Counted from the stretch's first letter, positions 1 to 13,544 are shown. The stretch: DNA of 64,000 nt from Octopus sinensis (GCF_006345805.1 NC_043012.1:10354001-10418000), one strand, 5' to 3'. Numbers and translations: made by a program. Notes: generated from the letters alone by a model not told the origin.

Positions 1-756
1 TAACATTTGAAATTTGAGTATGCTCTACCTCAGGCAACACCGAAACGATGAAAATCTAAGTAAACTTCTGTGGAATTTGAACATAAGACGTAAAGGCAGA
101 ATAAATGCGGCTCAGCATTTTACCTGTTGTGTTAGCGATTTTGTCAGCTCATCACTCTAATTTTAATAATAATAATAATAATAATAATAATATAATAATA
201 ATAATAATATAATAATAATAATAACAACAACAATAATGTCCAAATCCGTTTCATAGATTGAGGTATAAAAGCTAGAGAGTGAGATAGAAAGAGAGGGAGA
301 GAGAGAAAGAAAGACAGAGAAAGAATAAAAAAAAAGAAAAATCTATTAGGATTCGAAATTTATAGATAGAAGAGGGAACTACCAATGGGGCTTTTTGTGT
401 GTTGCCCTTACCATTTTGTAAATCATCTTGTCGCTGAGAACTCTAATAATAAATGTAATTATAGAATGAAAAGAGACGGGAAAAGAGGAAATGTATTATA
501 TGCTTTCTTCCTGATATACGAAAATCGAAAAACAATGTGAAAGGAAGAAAATTAACACATAAGAGGCTAGAACAGAAAGCGAAAAACAAAAAAACAGCTA
601 AAAACATCAATATTATGTAATAAAGAAAATAAATAAGAGATAACAAAGAGATAAAAGTAGCCAATAGAATATCATCATTACCAATATTTAATAAAATCAT
701 CGGTCCAGAAGTATAAATGATACAAGATAATCTGAAATGCTTTTACTTTGAATCAG

Positions 757-911
757 ACGCTCAAATTACATTTATTGGAAACGGTGGACATAATTTCCAT
801 CAGTCGAAATGTATTTCTGCATCTGTTCTTCCATTGGAAGGTGTTAATACAATCACAGTAGGTTTAGATTACATTATCCGAGTTTTCAGAGACTTATTAC
901 CACAAGATATC
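757..911 (+). CDS. candidate internal exon of unidentified host gene
   Basis: Acceptor tttactttgaatcag|, donor C|GTAAGT. Open frame (D)AQITFIGNGGHNFHQSKCISASVLPLEGVNTITVGLDYIIRVFRDLLPQDI in non-repetitive sequence; phase 1 in, phase 0 out. Confidence 0.45.
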
Positions 912-1016
912 GTAAGTTCTTTTTTGTTTTTGTTTGTTATATTTCGGGCAATTCCAGAGAATGTGAGACCAAACTAATTTATTGTTTCGCTATTCCCAAG
1001 AGGACATCTCTCTGTC

Positions 1017-1058
<42 letters not shown>

Positions 1059-1568
1059 AGTAGGTGAATGAATTATCCAAGCATGGAAAATTCGTTTAAC
1101 TGATACCTGGGTAGCAAATTCACGTCAGAAAACATGTGTCGAGAGTAAAGGAATTTTGTTAAAATCTTCGTTCGACTCCATTCTTTCATTTATTCATATA
1201 TATATGATGTCATATTTATTTCATATATAGCCATTTATAAGCATGATATAGCTATATATAAGCGTTTGTGTATCTATATAGTTAAAGATACACACGCACG
1301 AACATAGACACACATAATATGAACAATTCATAGGGTAGACTGTAAGCGCATAGATCCTGCGACAAAAGTGCAACAACGCAGTTAAATCCTAATACTCGTT
1401 AAGTGGTGAACGTGCCCTGAAAGCGATCTACTACGGACACACCGAAGACAAGTTTTGGATGCTACATTTGAAAGTCTCCTATGTGAACTTTAATTTTAAG
1501 CATAACCTATATTTATATTTCGTTTTTGGATAAGGCACAAAAAGAAAATGACTCTCCTCAAACGCAAC

Positions 1569-1623
<55 letters not shown>

Positions 1624-1653
1624 GTGTGTTGTGTGTGTTTGTGTACGTATATT

Positions 1654-2060
1654 CTCTTTTACTCTTTTACTTGTTTCAGTCATTTGACTGCGACCATGCT
1701 GGAGCACCGCCTTTAATCGAGCAAATCGACCCCGGGACTTATTCTTTGTAAGCCCAGTACTTATTCTATCGGTCTCTTTTTGCCGAACCGCTAAGTGACG
1801 GGGACATAAACACACCAGCATCGGTTGTCAAGCAATGCTAGGGGGACAAACACAAACATACACGCAAACACATATATACATATATATACATATATACGAC
1901 GGGCTTCTTTCAGTTTCCGTCTACCAAATCCATTCACAAGGCTTTGGTCGGCGCGAGGCTATAGTAGAAGACACTTGCCCAAGGTGCCATGCAGTGGGAC
2001 TGAACCCGGAACCATGTGGTTGGTAAGCAAGCTACTTACCACACAGTCACTCCTGCGCCT
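1654..2060 (-). mobile_element. tRNA-headed SINE family A (full length, internal TA/CA microsatellite)
   Basis: Head GGCGCAGGAGTGACTGTGTGGTAAG...GGTTCAGTCCC (A/B-box-like) and tail (GAGTAAAA)n; near-identical copies at 33027, 46484, 57459, 62100. Confidence 0.9.
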
Positions 2061-2134
2061 GTATATATATGTATATATATAATAAAAAGTAAAGGAGTTA
2101 AAAGGAAGAGTAAGTACAGTTAGATAGCTTTTTA

Positions 2135-2251
2135 ATCGCTACAAATGTTTCGATACTTACAGATCTTTGTATATACAGGATTTAAAGATTAAATTAAATC
2201 ATTTAACAATTTACCTGTATAAGAAGATCTATATGTATCTCCTCAGGCGAT
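2135..2251 (-). ncRNA. type I hammerhead ribozyme with ~78-nt stem II extension
   Basis: Minus strand: AUCGC-CUGAGGA-GAUAC...GUAUC-GAAAC-AUUU-GUA-GCGAU. Stem I 5 bp perfect, stem II 5 bp perfect plus further helices, canonical core, GUA cleavage triplet. Confidence 0.8.
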
Positions 2252-2414
2252 ACTCAGTTGCTGTCTCCGTAAGGAAAATCTAGATTTCCATGCTACAACA
2301 TACATAAGCCTAGAATTGGTAGCATACCATAAGAGTACTACAGGCTATTTAAGAATTCTAAGGATGAACGAACTCTATTCGTTCTTATACGTTCTTATCA
2401 GAACACGCCTCCAC

Positions 2415-2447
<33 letters not shown>

Positions 2448-2512
2448 CGTATATATATACATGTATATATATACATGTATATATATACATGTATATATAT
2501 ACATAAATGTAC

Positions 2513-2698
2513 AGGGAGAAAAAACAAAAGACGAAGACAGGTGGTGTATAAAACAAACAGATGTATTAGTATAACGCTCAGGAATAGAGAAAGTCATTTA
2601 CGTTTCGAGCTTACGCTCTTCTACAGAGAGGTACACAGAAAAAACAGAGAAGCAAGGAGAGAAAAAGAATATGTGTAGTGGCTAACGATCTATCATGG
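2513..2698 (-). mobile_element. short Penelope-associated repeat family P2 with variant hammerhead core
   Basis: Homologous to 38733-38923 and 42923-43108; carries CUGUAGA-A-GAGC-GUAA-GCUC-GAAAC-GUA; abuts a (TA)-rich repeat. Confidence 0.6.
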
Positions 2699-2878
2699 CG
2701 ACATATATAGATATATACACAGATACACACACAAACACACACACACAGATATATAAATAGATATATATAGAAAGAGAGAGAGAGAGGGGGGAATCAGCAG
2801 AAGCATATATTTCTGAATACACACACACATATATGCAATAAACCTAAGTACACGGATATATGTGTGTTTGCGTGTGCA

Positions 2879-2909
<31 letters not shown>

Positions 2910-5089
2910 GTGTGTGTGTTCAAATTCAAATCTCACTTGACGTCGAAATATTATTATAAGAGCAATAAACAATATAAAAAGCTCACCAGAACACAGAAAA
3001 GAGAAAGGCGAATAGAACGGTTTATGTTTAGTATATATTATAATCACAAACTCTTTCTTTTTTCTGTTTTATACAAAAGTATTGAAAGCAGAAAATGAAA
3101 CAGTAACTGTCTCTACGCCTTGTTCATTGTCAAGAAATACCCAAGACATTTTATAAATCATTTAATAATTTCACAAATAAATCTATTTTTCTCTATTTGC
3201 ATAATTATGTTCTACAGCCTAAATGAAAATATAAACGCAGATTCTGTCTGCACTTTTATCATAATCTCTAAATAAACGTTTTCAGATTATGTTTTATGAA
3301 GTGATCGATATACCATAGGAAATTTGAGAAATTTTACTCATTAACCATACACAAACACACGCATACATACATTCACGCGCATACAAGCACACTCATACAC
3401 ACACCAAAACGCACACAAATACACACAATCGCACACAAACATATGCACACACATGCACGCACTAGGAAGTATGTTTTATATATTTCATCTTCAAAATAAT
3501 AGTTTAATTTGATTCTATTCGACACACAGACGCACACACACACGCACACAAACACACACACACACACACACACATACACATATCTATATATGTTGTTGTC
3601 TGAAGATAATCATACTCTCTTAATGCCTCATTATTGAACACATCGATTCAATTTCCATTCATTTATTTTTCATATTCTTTCTTTCAAAATTTTCGTTGCT
3701 TTTGCAAACTTCTTGATGAGAGTCAACATCCGTTTACAAAATAACGAAAGCTAAGAAAATTTTGGAAGAAAAAATATAAATAATAAATGAGGGAAAATGG
3801 AACCGGACAGTGTGTGTTAGATAATATGGCCGTAAGATAGTATGACTCTGCCCAGCAATTTACACAATCCGAATTTACACAACCAACAAGGATTGGATTA
3901 ACCCAAAACAACAAAACACCATGAAGTTTTGTAAAATATCATTAACAATTAAGTGTCAACAAAAAAAAACAGCTTACATACAAAACAAATATATACGAAC
4001 AAAAATAAATTAATGCTACATTTGATGTGCAGTCAAAATATTTATAAAGGCAATATATATATAGTTCAGAAATTCGAACTCAGAACCCTGCTTCAACTTG
4101 ATTTCCCAAACTTGTATTCGCAGCTCTTCATTCACAAAATTTGGTTCCACCAAAAGTGGCATCACCCAAAACCTGAACTCACAAATTTGGTTTTCGAACC
4201 TTGGATTTCGATCCTTGGAATGTCATAAAATATGTCTTCGCAAATTCGGTTTTCGAACCTTGGACCGAAACATAAATAAATCTAATGTCACAGCAACCAT
4301 TTAAACTAAAATTTCATGGCAAAAAAAAAACGGCTGCCAGACTACATCAATAACTGTAGTTAAAAATAGTCAAACAAAAATTTACTTTGCTTTAAAGTCA
4401 CACAAAATTGCTTCATACAAGCATGCTGAGTAACCATTAGACAAAATTTACTGTTAGTTGCCTCATACAAAAATGGCTACATGAAAAAATTAAATTAATA
4501 CACCTACAAATTTTAACATTTATCTTAACAGAAAATAGCTAGCAAAATAGCTACACAACCTGCTACAATTGCAGTTTTCAAAATTCACATAAATATCATA
4601 ACATAACATAACTTAAGAGATTTTTTTGTACTCACCCAGATGAGACACAGAAATTATTTTAAAACTAACAATCGAAAAGTACTGGCGAATTCCTGGAACA
4701 TAATGTAATTCTATTACTGCCTAATACCAAGCACAACGTGCATAAATTAAAGAGGCAATCATAGCTACCAACACCCAATTGAACCTAGTCTCACAGAAAA
4801 ATATGTCTCAAAAGACTGGGGTACAATTATTTCTGCTTATAAAGGTTTGCTAAGGCCTAGCCAATTTGTTAGAGTTTCACAGTTTTGCTATTAATACCGA
4901 GCTTCCTCCATTTTGACAATGGACTTCATCCTGACCTTGCAGTGTCTTATGAAAAACTGCCTGTTTAACGTTTAACTTAACATTATCCGATAAAAAGTTT
5001 TTATCGCTTTTAAGTTCCTAACAGTATATATATATTGTATATACATGTGTATATGTTTATATATGATTATATATATATATGTGTGTGTT

Positions 5090-5208
<119 letters not shown>

Positions 5209-5215
5209 TTATATT

Positions 5216-5599
5216 GGAGGCGCAATGGCCCAGTGGTTAAGGCAGCGAACTCGTGGTCATAGGATCGCGGTTTCGATTCCCAGACCGGGCGTTGTGAGTG
5301 TTTATTGAGCGAAAACACCTAAAAGCTCCATGAGGCTCCGGCAGGGGATGGTGGTGATCCCTGCTGTACTCTTTCACCACGACTTTCTCTCACTCTTACT
5401 TCCTGTTTCTGCTGTACCTGTATGTCAAAGGGTCAGCCTTGTCACTCTCTGTGTCACGCTGAATATCCCCGAGAACTACGTTAAGGGTGCACGTGTCTGT
5501 GGAGTGCTCAGCCATTTACACGTTAATTTCACGAGCAGGCTGTTCCGTTGATTCGGATCAACCGGCACCCTCATCGTCCTAACCGACGGAGTGCTTCCA
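5216..5599 (+). mobile_element. tRNA-headed SINE family C
   Basis: Head GGAGGCGCAATGGCCCAGTGGTTAAGG...GGTTTCGATTCCC; homologous to 44280-44588. Confidence 0.85.
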
Positions 5600-5601
5600 T
5601 T

Positions 5602-6400
5602 GGACGTATGAAAACAGCGCCATCTTATGGGTACACGTAATTATATCTTACTGCTTTGATCACCCATGCCGAAAATATTATCCTCCAACATTTTCATGTA
5701 AAATGCCAAACTGACCTTCGTCCCTTCTTTAATGTACACCAGAGGAGATTTTCCGCAATCGGATGACACTGCCGCCCAAACCATCTCTCTTCTTTGGCGG
5801 ATATCAATCGGCGAAATACCTTACAGGCTCTTTTTTTGAAGTATACGTCTTTGTGGCCAAATTCCTTCCATTCTGGGAGTTCACTACAGCCGCCAGGGTG
5901 AATATCATTTCATCTGACCAAATTAAGACATTGTCACAGGCGATCTAAATCTCTTCCGCCATTTTTTGCACCTGTCCTTTTCTTTTTCTTTGGAAGATGT
6001 CAAGACTAGGTGTCGATGTTGTACTTTTAATGACTTACAATTTAAGTATTTACGAACAACGGTCGTGTGGTTGCCTGTGAGATATCGTGTCTTTTAGACA
6101 TTTTTCGCATGCTGCACCGGGGATTTCAAGAGACTCGCTTTCGGAATACATCCACCAATTGCTTCATCCTTACAATTGGTGGATATAGTCCAGGAATGGG
6201 CTTGTTGTCGATAGAGTCTACTCAGAGTAGCGTTTCATAACATTATAGACAGTTATGTGAACAACACCAAACCTTGAAGCCACGTCCTTGGTGCTATGGC
6301 CTGCTTATTTTTTTTAGAATTTCATTTCGCCTCTCAGCAACCATATTGAAACGTTTAACTCCTCGAGTGTAAACAAACAATGCAAAGTACATGAACAATT
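5602..6400 (-). pseudogene. degenerate Tc1/mariner (maT/DD37D-like) transposase
   Basis: Minus-strand fragments WSDEMIFTLAAVVNSQN, VWAAVSSDCGKSPLVYIKEGTKVSLAFYMKML and a QDGA-like segment (~5613-5628), with frameshifts and stops. Confidence 0.7.
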
Positions 6401-6966
6401 GAACGCCGAGGAGAGCATTTTTAAATATTTCTGTGCAATTTCATTCTAAATTTAATAAAGTAAACTTATTTAAAGAATCGTTCAACTATGTAAATGTGCT
6501 GTTTTACCTTCTGCATAAAAATTTGCTGATACGTTTTCTTGTCAAATATTCAATCAGAAATATTAATAAATATGGGTTTTACAAAGATGGAAGATGTGCT
6601 CAAAAGGCAGAATTGCCGCATCTTCGTTAGTGGAATTATATTATTGTTTAAATATTAAGTCATCGGTTATTTGGCCTCATTAAAATTCCAATACCGCACT
6701 GTAGGACTTTTGAGAAAATAAATGGAAATTCAAGAATATAATAACGGATTATTACACTCGAAAATTTCTATGAGAATTAATTATTAAAAATACTGATGTG
6801 CTGCTATTTTTCGCTGATTTGTATGCAATCTAGTAGTTAATCTAAAAGAGCACGTGTAAATGGCTTCCTTAAAATTACTGACAAATCTTTAGTGTTTATT
6901 AGCAAATTCTTGAAGTGCAAACGTGTTAAAAATTTGAGATATCGATCTAAACATAGTTACCCGTAG

Positions 6967-7042
6967 CTGTGTCCAACAAGTACATTCACGGGTAGGAGAG
7001 TCAAATTCGAAACGATTCATGTCCCATTGAACCAAGTTAAAG
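6967..7042 (+). CDS. candidate internal exon of unidentified host gene
   Basis: cgtag| (weak pyrimidine tract) ... AAG|GTAGGT. Open frame LCPTSTFTGRRVKFETIHVPLNQVK; phase 0 in matches the 757-911 exon, phase 1 out. Confidence 0.35.
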
Positions 7043-7390
7043 GTAGGTCATAAAATATACATACATAATTAAGTACGTACATACATACAGATACAGATAT
7101 ATACGGACGGTAGTGTATATACGTACATTACCCAGCATATTATAAAAAATCTCACTTGGTTCAATACAAAATTACACCCATCTATAAACCTACTACTTAA
7201 ACAAAATATTTCCTTTATAAAAACTAAATCGAAACGCAGCTTTCAGAATACAGGACAATTGCTATAATTACAAACCAAACAAGGGAGAGAATTTATGGAA
7301 ATGACGGCAACGGATGGAGGCAATATAAAACGAATGAAAATTCGTTATATAAAAAAGGAGGAATTGTTAAACTGAGATCTTCACTATACA

Positions 7391-7501
<111 letters not shown>

Positions 7502-7730
7502 ATCTATATATCTATCTAGATATATATATGGTTAGCGGCGTTAGAGGTTAAAATAAACGTCCAGGCGTTAGAGGAATCCATTATATCACCGGTATATTAT
7601 CTATGGTTATCCATGGGCATATATAAGCAAGCACAGTATCCTCATAAATTCTAGGTAAACACAATAATAAACATGAGGTTATCAAGAATCAAAATTTAAA
7701 GCAGACAGAAAATACGAAGATATTACTGAA

Positions 7731-7826
7731 CAACAATTGACTTACATTATTATTTATCAATTCAATAAAAACTGAAGGCTATTCGAATTGAATTAATAAA
7801 TAATAATTGATGTAAGTCAATTGTTG
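7731..7826. repeat. short inverted repeat / hairpin
   Basis: CAACAATTGACTTACAT (7731-7747) pairs perfectly with ATGTAAGTCAATTGTTG (7810-7826), imperfect pairing inside; related arm copy at ~8312. Confidence 0.75.
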
Positions 7827-8130
7827 GTCATCAATATATCTCCATTTTCTCATTTCTTTAAACTTATATATGTATATATATATATATATGTGTGTGTGTT
7901 TGTGTATGTATATATATATATATATATGTATATGTATATATATGTATATATATATATGTGTGTGTGTGTATGTGTACATATATAAATAACGTAATATAAT
8001 ATAATATACTGTTCTGTGATAGAAAATTCAACAGAAAATATACTCCATCTAGTGAGAGATAAATATAATTTATATAAAGTGCTCAATATCTATCTATTTA
8101 TCTGTCTATCTATCTATTCATATATTTATA

Positions 8131-8187
<57 letters not shown>

Positions 8188-8483
8188 GTGTATGTATATA
8201 TATGAATGTGTGTGTGTGTAAAAACAGAGGGAGATGCATTCATATATATGTAAGTATATATATTATATATATATATATATAAAGAGGACAGACAACTGAG
8301 ATAATATTGAGCAACAATTGATTTGCATCAATTATTATCTATTAATTATTGACAAAAATACTGCATCCCATCTACCAACTGTTTCTGTTGCGAATTGCCT
8401 TTGGTATCATCATTATTATGCTAAAAATATATATCATACTTTGCAAGGAAACCAACCGATTTGAATCATTCAGCTTCATCAAA

Positions 8484-8579
<96 letters not shown>

Positions 8580-8689
8580 TGTTGTGTGTGTGTGTGTGTA
8601 TAGAAACGTGTGTCGGAAGTAAAAATATTTGAATTATACCTGCGTTAAACTCCATTTACATATAAATATATATATATATATATATGTAT

Positions 8690-8835
8690 AAAGTTAATCC
8701 AAACATGAAAACACACAGAGAAAACACAACAACGCGAGGACGTGGAACAAGTATAGTATTATTTGACGCTCAGGAAGGAAGGAAAGAAGGAGGGTTCAAC
8801 GTTTCGAGCGGAGCTCTTCGTCAGAAACATAGAAA
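8690..8835 (-). mobile_element. short Penelope-associated repeat family P1 (hammerhead-bearing)
   Basis: Homologous to 10600-10775; contains the hammerhead at 8794-8828; ends in (TA)n. Confidence 0.65.
8794..8828 (-). ncRNA. minimal type I hammerhead ribozyme (extra A after A9, palindromic stem III)
   Basis: GUUU-CUGACGA-A-GAGC-UCC-GCUC-GAAAC-GUU-GAAC. Stem I 4 bp with one G-U, stem II 4 bp, AACGUU palindrome, GUU triplet. Confidence 0.7.
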
Positions 8836-9227
8836 AAAGTTATAAAGTTATATGGTTATAAAATTATATGTAAATGCTAAACTATAACATAACGCCAACT
8901 ATAATCAAGCACCTCTCCTTAACAGCTTACCGAAAAAATTAATTACCTCCCCACTCGGACACACATACCCAAGGAAGATTTTAGCTTAACAGAGACAAAA
9001 TAAAGCCAAGGTCAACTTCAATGTATTGCAGTCCGACGATGAATTAAAAGGCCGAAACTTTGAAGTCCCTGTCATAAATATTCTTGCTTGAAAAATATTA
9101 TATATATTGTACAACATTATAGAGTAGCGCTTCAGATAATTATAAAATTATTTTTATTAAAACAGAACATAAAAACACAAACATACATACATACACATGT
9201 GATTTGCGTGTGTGTGATTGTGTGTGT

Positions 9228-9380
9228 GTAACTGCGTCGTAAGAAGCTTGTTTCCAACCACATGATTCAGGTTTCAGTCTCACTGCGTGGCACCTTGGTC
9301 ACGTGCATTCTAATAATTTCTCAAGCCGACTAAAGCCTTAATTGGATTCTGTAGGCGTAAACTAAGAGAAGCCCGTCGTG

Positions 9381-9437
<57 letters not shown>

Positions 9438-9670
9438 CTGTGTGTGTTTGTGTGTGTGCGTTTGTGTGTTTGTGTGTGTGTGTGTGAGAGAGACTTTAAG
9501 TCTTGACACCGATGTTAGTTTGTTTATGCCTCCATAAATAAGCGTCTCGGCAAAGGAGAACGATAAAATAACTACTACGCTTACAAAGAATAAGTTCTGC
9601 GTCCATTTCTTCGATTAGAAAGTCCTAGAAGGTGATGCTCCGTCGTGGCCACAATCAAATGACTTGAACA
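9228..9670 (+). mobile_element. SINE family A, degenerate
   Basis: Collinear, diverged match to the 33027-33398 copy with expanded (TG)n. Confidence 0.8.
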
Positions 9671-9808
9671 AATATATATATATATATATAAACAAGGGCA
9701 AAAGAAAATTATTGCCCTTGTTTATAAGTTGTTTATAACTTTAACCTTTAAAGGTATTTTAATATGCTGCCACTTTGTAATGAAATTTTTTCTGTAAAAA
9801 ACTTCATC

Positions 9809-9848
<40 letters not shown>

Positions 9849-10517
9849 GATATACATGTGTGTATGTATTAATGCTAGAAGATTTGGGAGAATGAGCGTC
9901 ATTGAGGATATTACAAGAATTCAAAAACATTCTGAAAGGAATACTTTAACTGATAAGATACCTGGCTGGCAGTAATCAATTTCGTTTATTTACCACACGA
10001 ATATATAAGGAAAATTGTTTAAAATCTTTTTTATATATATTCAGAATTACGTTGTCACTGCAAGTTAATTCAACATGATTTGAAATAAAATTTCTCACTT
10101 TAATGTTCCGGAGCTTCAGAATCGGTAATTTAGAATAGATTTGGAATATTACATTTCTATCATTGCGTGAATTATATTAAGATACGGGGTAAGACCTTAA
10201 ACCTTTTATATTTACATGTTTATTTTTACTATTTAGTAAAACATTTCTATTATATTATACTGTATGTGAAATAATTTTATTATTGAAATAAAGTCAAATC
10301 AATGACATTATTTCTTAGGTAAACAATATTTAACTCGGTGTCAAATTGTTGTCGGTTTAAAAGTAAAGGGCTTGTACTAAATACATTGCACACAAGCTAA
10401 CATTGTATAACAATGTACTGCTATACACACAAACATACAAACGTAGACATTCTATATACTTATAATTATGATGTACATCTATCTAGCTGTCTCTGTATCT
10501 ATCTATCTATCTATCTC

Positions 10518-10588
<71 letters not shown>

Positions 10589-10599
10589 CTACATATATA

Positions 10600-10775
10600 T
10601 AGTTAATCCAAACAAGAAGCACAAAAAAACACAACAACGCGAGGACGTGGAACAAATATAGTATTATTGGACACTCAGGAAAGAAGTAGGGTTTCGAGCG
10701 GAGCTCTTCGTCGGAAACATAGGAGAAGGGAAGACAGAGGAAAAAATCGCAACAGTACACACGAAGTCACATTTT
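10600..10775 (-). mobile_element. repeat family P1, hammerhead decayed
   Basis: CCGACGAAGAGCTCCGCTCGAAAC retained; GUU cleavage site and 3' stem I deleted relative to 8794-8828. Confidence 0.65.
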
Positions 10776-13544
10776 GAAAAAGATATATATATATATATGT
10801 ATGTATGTATGTATGTGCAACAGTCCTTCAAATTTTCTAAGCCCTGTAAAAGAACTATGCTGGTTAGGCTTCCAACCAGGCATTTCGTGACACCCTTAAT
10901 GCCAGGGTCTTTTCAGCACTTTCTCTTTTATATATGTATGTATATATGTTTGTTGTTTGTGTGTGTTTGTATCTGCGTGTGTATACATATGCACAAACAC
11001 ACACACACACATACACACACATCACACACAGAAAGACGTATGTTAGTTTGATTATTTAGTTTACTTAAAGGTGTGTAGGCGAATAGTTAAATTGGAAATA
11101 AACGTTTCCATGCGATAAAATTTATGTAATACATCCATGTTTTTAAGTAATTATATTATTTCATATCGTCAAAATAAAATATGAAACTTCAAATTAGATA
11201 TCCCACGGCATCCATTACTGTTATGGATTGAAAAGTAAATAACTCATTATCTTGACAGAAAAAGATTCCTGCAATTTTATTGCCTAATCCAATAAGAAGC
11301 AGAAAAGCTAGAATAAGGTTTCACTACTTGTTTATGGAATAATACATCAGAAATCAGGCGGCTGCAGCAGATTCTTTAAAAGTTTTGATATTTGGTTTTG
11401 GACAAATAGTATCCTTATAATTTCCCTTTATGTGGAGAAGAAAACCTAAATATTAATATCTAAATGTTTGAAAGCATAATTCTACAAAATCTTGTTATAT
11501 GTTTGATAAGTGTTTGATAAATGGAAATGATAAATGCTGAATATACAATAGATAAGATATTGGTAAATAAATTTCCTTTATTCCACTGCTTATAACAAGC
11601 CATTACTATGGGTTTGTTTGGAATAAAGTATTGTGATAAATCACATTTTAAATATTTGAAATATGTTAATAACAATGCGAAACATCTGAAGATATTGGAT
11701 GTCGGTGCCTGACTGAAGCAATGGTATGAGGGTTACAGCAGCTTTTAATAAATATGGACAAAGGAAACGGGGAAATAAGTGTTCGAGATTGTATGTAGAT
11801 TATGGATAAAGAAGAGTCAGGTCGCATTTCATGTAAGTAGACCAACTCGGCGCAAAGCGTATTGTAAATATATTTTTTCATATAAAATATTATCGCTATC
11901 GTTAGCAATAATATTTTCTTACTTTAAAAGCAGCTTTCTGATTCCTCATGAAAAAATAAACTAGATTCTTTAGATAAGGAACGTGTTTGGAGTGCTTTTG
12001 CGACATAGTTCTTGCTCCTGAATGTTTCTTCACTCGTAACCTGCATAAGTAATCCGAATAAGTATATATAAGGCGATTCTAGGTCTGGTAAAAATGATAA
12101 TAGGTGAGATAGTGTTAGCCAACCAAATAAATTCTCTTGTGTTGTCTTCGCTGATTGTGGCGCCACAATAACATGTTGAAGGGTGATGTACCTATTGTCA
12201 TTCTCTAAACACTTTTTCAATCTGTTCGATATTATCTCGCAGAATAGACCAATGTCTATTAAACCTCCAGTATAGGTCCTTAAAATTTTGATTAGGATCC
12301 TCTTCAATTGGTGTTTTCACTACATCTTTATTGAGAACACAGTTGGTCTTCCTGATCGATAGGCATCCTAAAGATCGAAATCACCGTTTTTATCAATTTG
12401 TGTTCCTCTTGTGTTGACCATTTCAATTAGACATACGAGGATATAGTATTATATAATGACAAAGTGATAAAAGTGATAATCTAGGAATTGAGCGAAAGAT
12501 GATGTTTGTTTTAGTTGATATTACATTTTGACAATAGAGAGAGGGTTTGTGTATCTCTCTGCAAAGAAGAGTATTAGATGCTCTTTGTTTTTTTATTTCT
12601 AATATGTAAACCAATTTTATGCAGATAATTTGCAGAGTCTTTTGAGTGTCGATTAGAATTCCGCGTGCAGTTTATTCTGAATTTTTGAGCCCCGCGTTCA
12701 TATTCCTCTGACCTGAACATTGAGACTTCGGTCGTTAAAAATAAGCTACCAACCCAAGTGTTGGATATACCCGCATATCGGACAGGCTACTTTGCAATAT
12801 GCTTCCCAAATCTTTGTGTTGAATTCATACCCTGTTATGACCAATTTGGATAGTAAACGTTTCTTAATAAACATATCATAACGGTATTTAACACGAAAGG
12901 GTTAATTATTGCCTGTGTGTATAAAAAAATTCTATGTCCAGGAATGAAACAAAAGAGAGAATGTTAACATGAGGCTAATCCATTGTTATTTATAAATTGA
13001 GCATAGTTTGTATAAAATGCTAATTTGTAAAGCACTTGTGCTTTAGAAAGTATTTCGTAAAATCTACGTGAAAATTCCTCAATTATTGAAGAGAATTGAA
13101 ATTCAATGTAATTAACAAACAATCAAATCATGGTTGATGATGATCTTAGCGACACTTATTGCATTATCCTCGAACAAAAGCTTGGAATAAATGAGAGAAA
13201 ATAATAATTGGAGTGGCTTATAAAAAACATCAACTTTTAATATTATGGTGCCACTATCGATTATTCTATTAAAACAATTTATTGGAGAGATAAAAATCGA
13301 TACACTTATTGGCTCTCCTTACTGAGAGAAATAGAGAAGCTCAAGTGTATTGCCAAGTTCATTAAGCCATGATATCTACACGATTTTCATTAACCCAATA
13401 TCTTTTTTTCATACAAGAGTACGCTTGAGAGAAATGTTTTGTAACGCCATATCTTTCCATCTATTTACAAATATTTTTGCCATCGATTTCTCATATCGGT
13501 TTAGTAACAATAACACACAAGAAAAAAAAAATGATAATAGTAAT

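Noticed and set aside
1-40. GC-CUGAGGU-AGAG-CAUA-CUC-AAA (minus strand)
   Set aside because: Two core defects and truncated by the window edge.
3860-4600. Region with recurring short motifs (CACAAAATT, TTTTCGAACCTTGGA, AAAATAGCTA)
   Set aside because: Suggests a decayed non-autonomous DNA transposon, but no termini could be defined.
5216-5290. tRNA genes at SINE heads (also 31853, 33027, 41583, 44588, 62100)
   Set aside because: A/B-box-like heads run into SINE bodies, and no complete cloverleaf with acceptor stem could be drawn.
9028-9071. CCGACGA...GCC-GAAAC...GUC (plus strand)
   Set aside because: Core U4 changed and stems I and II do not pair well; at best a decayed Penelope hammerhead.
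11660-11712. KILDVGA methyltransferase motif I-like peptide (plus strand)
   Set aside because: Followed immediately by a stop, with no other methyltransferase motifs or splice support.
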